The translations under genes were made by a program, and so were the position numbers. The notes under the pieces are model-generated. The model searched no databases. It worked only from the letters and a program-made list of their open reading frames with translations, and was not told the origin of the DNA. Shown in pieces: positions 61,851 to 64,000 of a stretch of DNA of 64,000 nt. The stretch comes from Marsupella aquatica (Eukaryota > Plantae > Marchantiophyta), in contig OZ316893.1 in assembly GCA_973895155.1 (NCBI GenBank), forward strand, positions 310,001 through 374,000, given 5' to 3'. Each line of letters begins with the position of its first letter. The first letter of the stretch is position 1.

Positions 61851-64000
61851 GAAGGAGTTCACTTTTGGGACCCCCTCTATCACGGTATCCTGGGATACAA
61901 GGATGACCGCAGAAGAAACATCAGGGAGGTAGACGGGTACGACAGTGGACTGGAATCAGCCGATGAGGTACGATGGTTAGAATGCCTTGCTGACCAAACC
62001 GAAGAAAGTGTCTTTGAACCAGAGGTATCCCCCAGCGGACTATGGCAAGAACCTATGGAGAATAACTTGAAGGATTGTGAAGACAAAGCCGAGGACTACT
62101 TTGCCATAGAGTCCACCTTTTTAGCTGCAATTCCGGAGGAAGCACAAGAAGTAAGCCAGTTGGATGAAACGGCTAAGGGGGGAGCTATACCCATGACGGT
62201 GGATTTTCCTCAGGCGTTGTGGCAGAGCCGGCAGGATCCACAACGCCATCTATCATCGGCAAACAATTAAATACCAAGGGATCGGCATACAAGCCGATTA
62301 CGAGGGCAGAACAAATTGAGGCCCTATTAGAAGCCGGGAGAGCACAGCGACCGGACCCTCAGGAGGAAGAGGTGGAAGAGATGCACAGACACAATCCAGA
62401 GTCGAGGCAGGAAGGAAAACCGACTACCAATTCAAAACCGAATAGGCCGGCAAGGGGACAATCTGTGGGCACCAAGGGAGAAACCGATTCGGCTAGTACA
62501 GCCGAGATTCCAGTTTATGGAGGTATGAGACTAGAGAGGCTGGAAGCCGAGCTGGACCCGAATTTGAAGAAGCAGATTAATATGATCCAAGCACGGCAAT
62601 ACCGGAAGCTCGACTTAGGAGAAGGAAGGGAACTGAACTTAGGGAGAGACCTAGCACCTGAGCTTGAGAAAGAGATCAGTGACTTACTGATTGAATTTCA
62701 GGATGTGTTCGCATGGAGTCACCAAGATCTAAAGGGAGTAGATCCAACATTAGGGGAACATCGAATTGATCTCATGTTAGGAGCTAAATCATTCAGACAA
62801 CCAATTCGAAGGATGAATCCTAAGTATTCCCTGATGGTCAAAACAGAAATCGACAAATTAGTGGAAGCTGGATTCATCACTCCAGTCCTGCATTCAGACT
62901 GGGTGTCTCCAATTGTGATAGTTCCCAAGAAAGCTGGACCCGATGGTAAAACCAAGATCCGGGTTTGTCAGGATTATAGGAAGCTGAATGAAGCGACGTT
63001 AAAAGACCATTTTCCTTTACCCTTTACTAATATGGTACTAGACATGGTAGCCAGTCATGCATGAACTATATTCATTCATGGATGGGTACTCTGGTTATAA
63101 CCAAATCAGGATTAGGCAGGAGGACCAAATCAAGACGGCCTTCATCACGGAATGGGGGATCTATGTCTTCAATCGTATGCCGTTTGGACTCTGTAACGCA
63201 CCAGCTATGTTTCAACGATTGATGGTGAATATTTTCCATGATTACTTGAGAAAGTTCATGGAAATCTTCATTGATGACTTTGCAGTATTCGGGAAGGCAT
63301 CGAAACATGCTAAATACCTAAGGAAGACCTTCATGAGATGCAGAGAGGTAGGTCTCAAGTTACATCCAGATAAATGTTTCTTTGGGGTAACAGAAGGCGT
63401 GCTATTAGGTCACAAGGTATCAAAGAAGGGCATCGAGATTGACAAAGGTAAGCTAGCAGTATGGCTTGATATCATGCAACCTAAGAACATAAAGGATGTA
63501 AGATCCTTCTTGGGTTGCATTGGGTATTATTGCCGGTTTATTAAAGATTTTGCCAAACTAGCTTTACCATTAACCAACATGCTCAAGGCAGGCGCAGACT
63601 TTGAACCCACCCCAGAAAGAGTAACCGCTGTGGTGGAATTAAAGCAAAAGTTAGTAGAAGCCCCAGTCATGATAGCACCAGACTGGAACAAGGAATTTCA
63701 TGTCTTTGTAGATGTCTCAGGCTTCTGTATTGGCTCAGTACTAAGTCAGTTGGATGAGAAAGGGAGGGACCATCCCATATACTTTGCAAGCCGTCAGCTT
63801 GCCGATGCCAAACGGAACTACTCCACCACAGAAAGAGAAGCATTAGGAGTCATTTATTCATGTAAAAAGTTTAGGCATTATTTGCTAGGGTACAAGGTAA
63901 TCTTTCATACCGATCATGAAAGTTTGAAGTACCTAGTAAATAAGCTGGACCTTACAGGCAGGGTAGCAAGATGGATTTTGCTATTACAGGAGTTTGACTA
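61851..64000 (+). pseudogene. pol: Gypsy pol fragment (post-protease spacer, RT, RNase H), runs off the window
   Basis: KEFTFGTPSITVSW (matches KELRFGEPTVRVSW at ~3690), EFQDVFAWSH, SPIVIVPKK, FIDDF, VFVDVSG. Confidence 0.93.

Overview
Repeat-dense eukaryotic DNA, most likely from a non-seed land plant (inferred from the Bianca-type Copia, CACTA, Mutator-like, Crinkler-like and PMD-like content). Almost the whole window is nested, decaying transposons, and target-site duplications (TSDs) allow the nesting to be reconstructed. (1) A Ty3/Gypsy gag-pol at 1.1-7.1 kb. (2) Five whole or partial copies of a ~4.66-kb TG...CA unit with 5-bp TSDs, carrying one ~1,200-codon ORF (plant-mobile-domain/Transposase_32-like plus coiled coil), and a second ~4.07-kb TG...CA unit encoding a distant homologue; both look like giant gene-carrying solo LTRs. 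(3) A truncated Bianca-type Copia. (4) A Crinkler-like kinase gene. (5) A large Mutator-like element with a GCM-like/MULE transposase and, divergently, a ParB-like, DNA-methyltransferase-like and Ulp1-protease coding unit; its non-coding DNA carries roughly 60 copies of one palindrome, ATCTCGG-N9-CCGAGAT, in four otherwise unrelated tandem arrays. (6) A complete 9.9-kb CACTA element with a SET-domain exon inside its transposase gene. (7) An ~8-kb inversion (51641-59601) between two inverted copies of the TG...CA unit. All domain calls are by eye from motifs; no database search was run.
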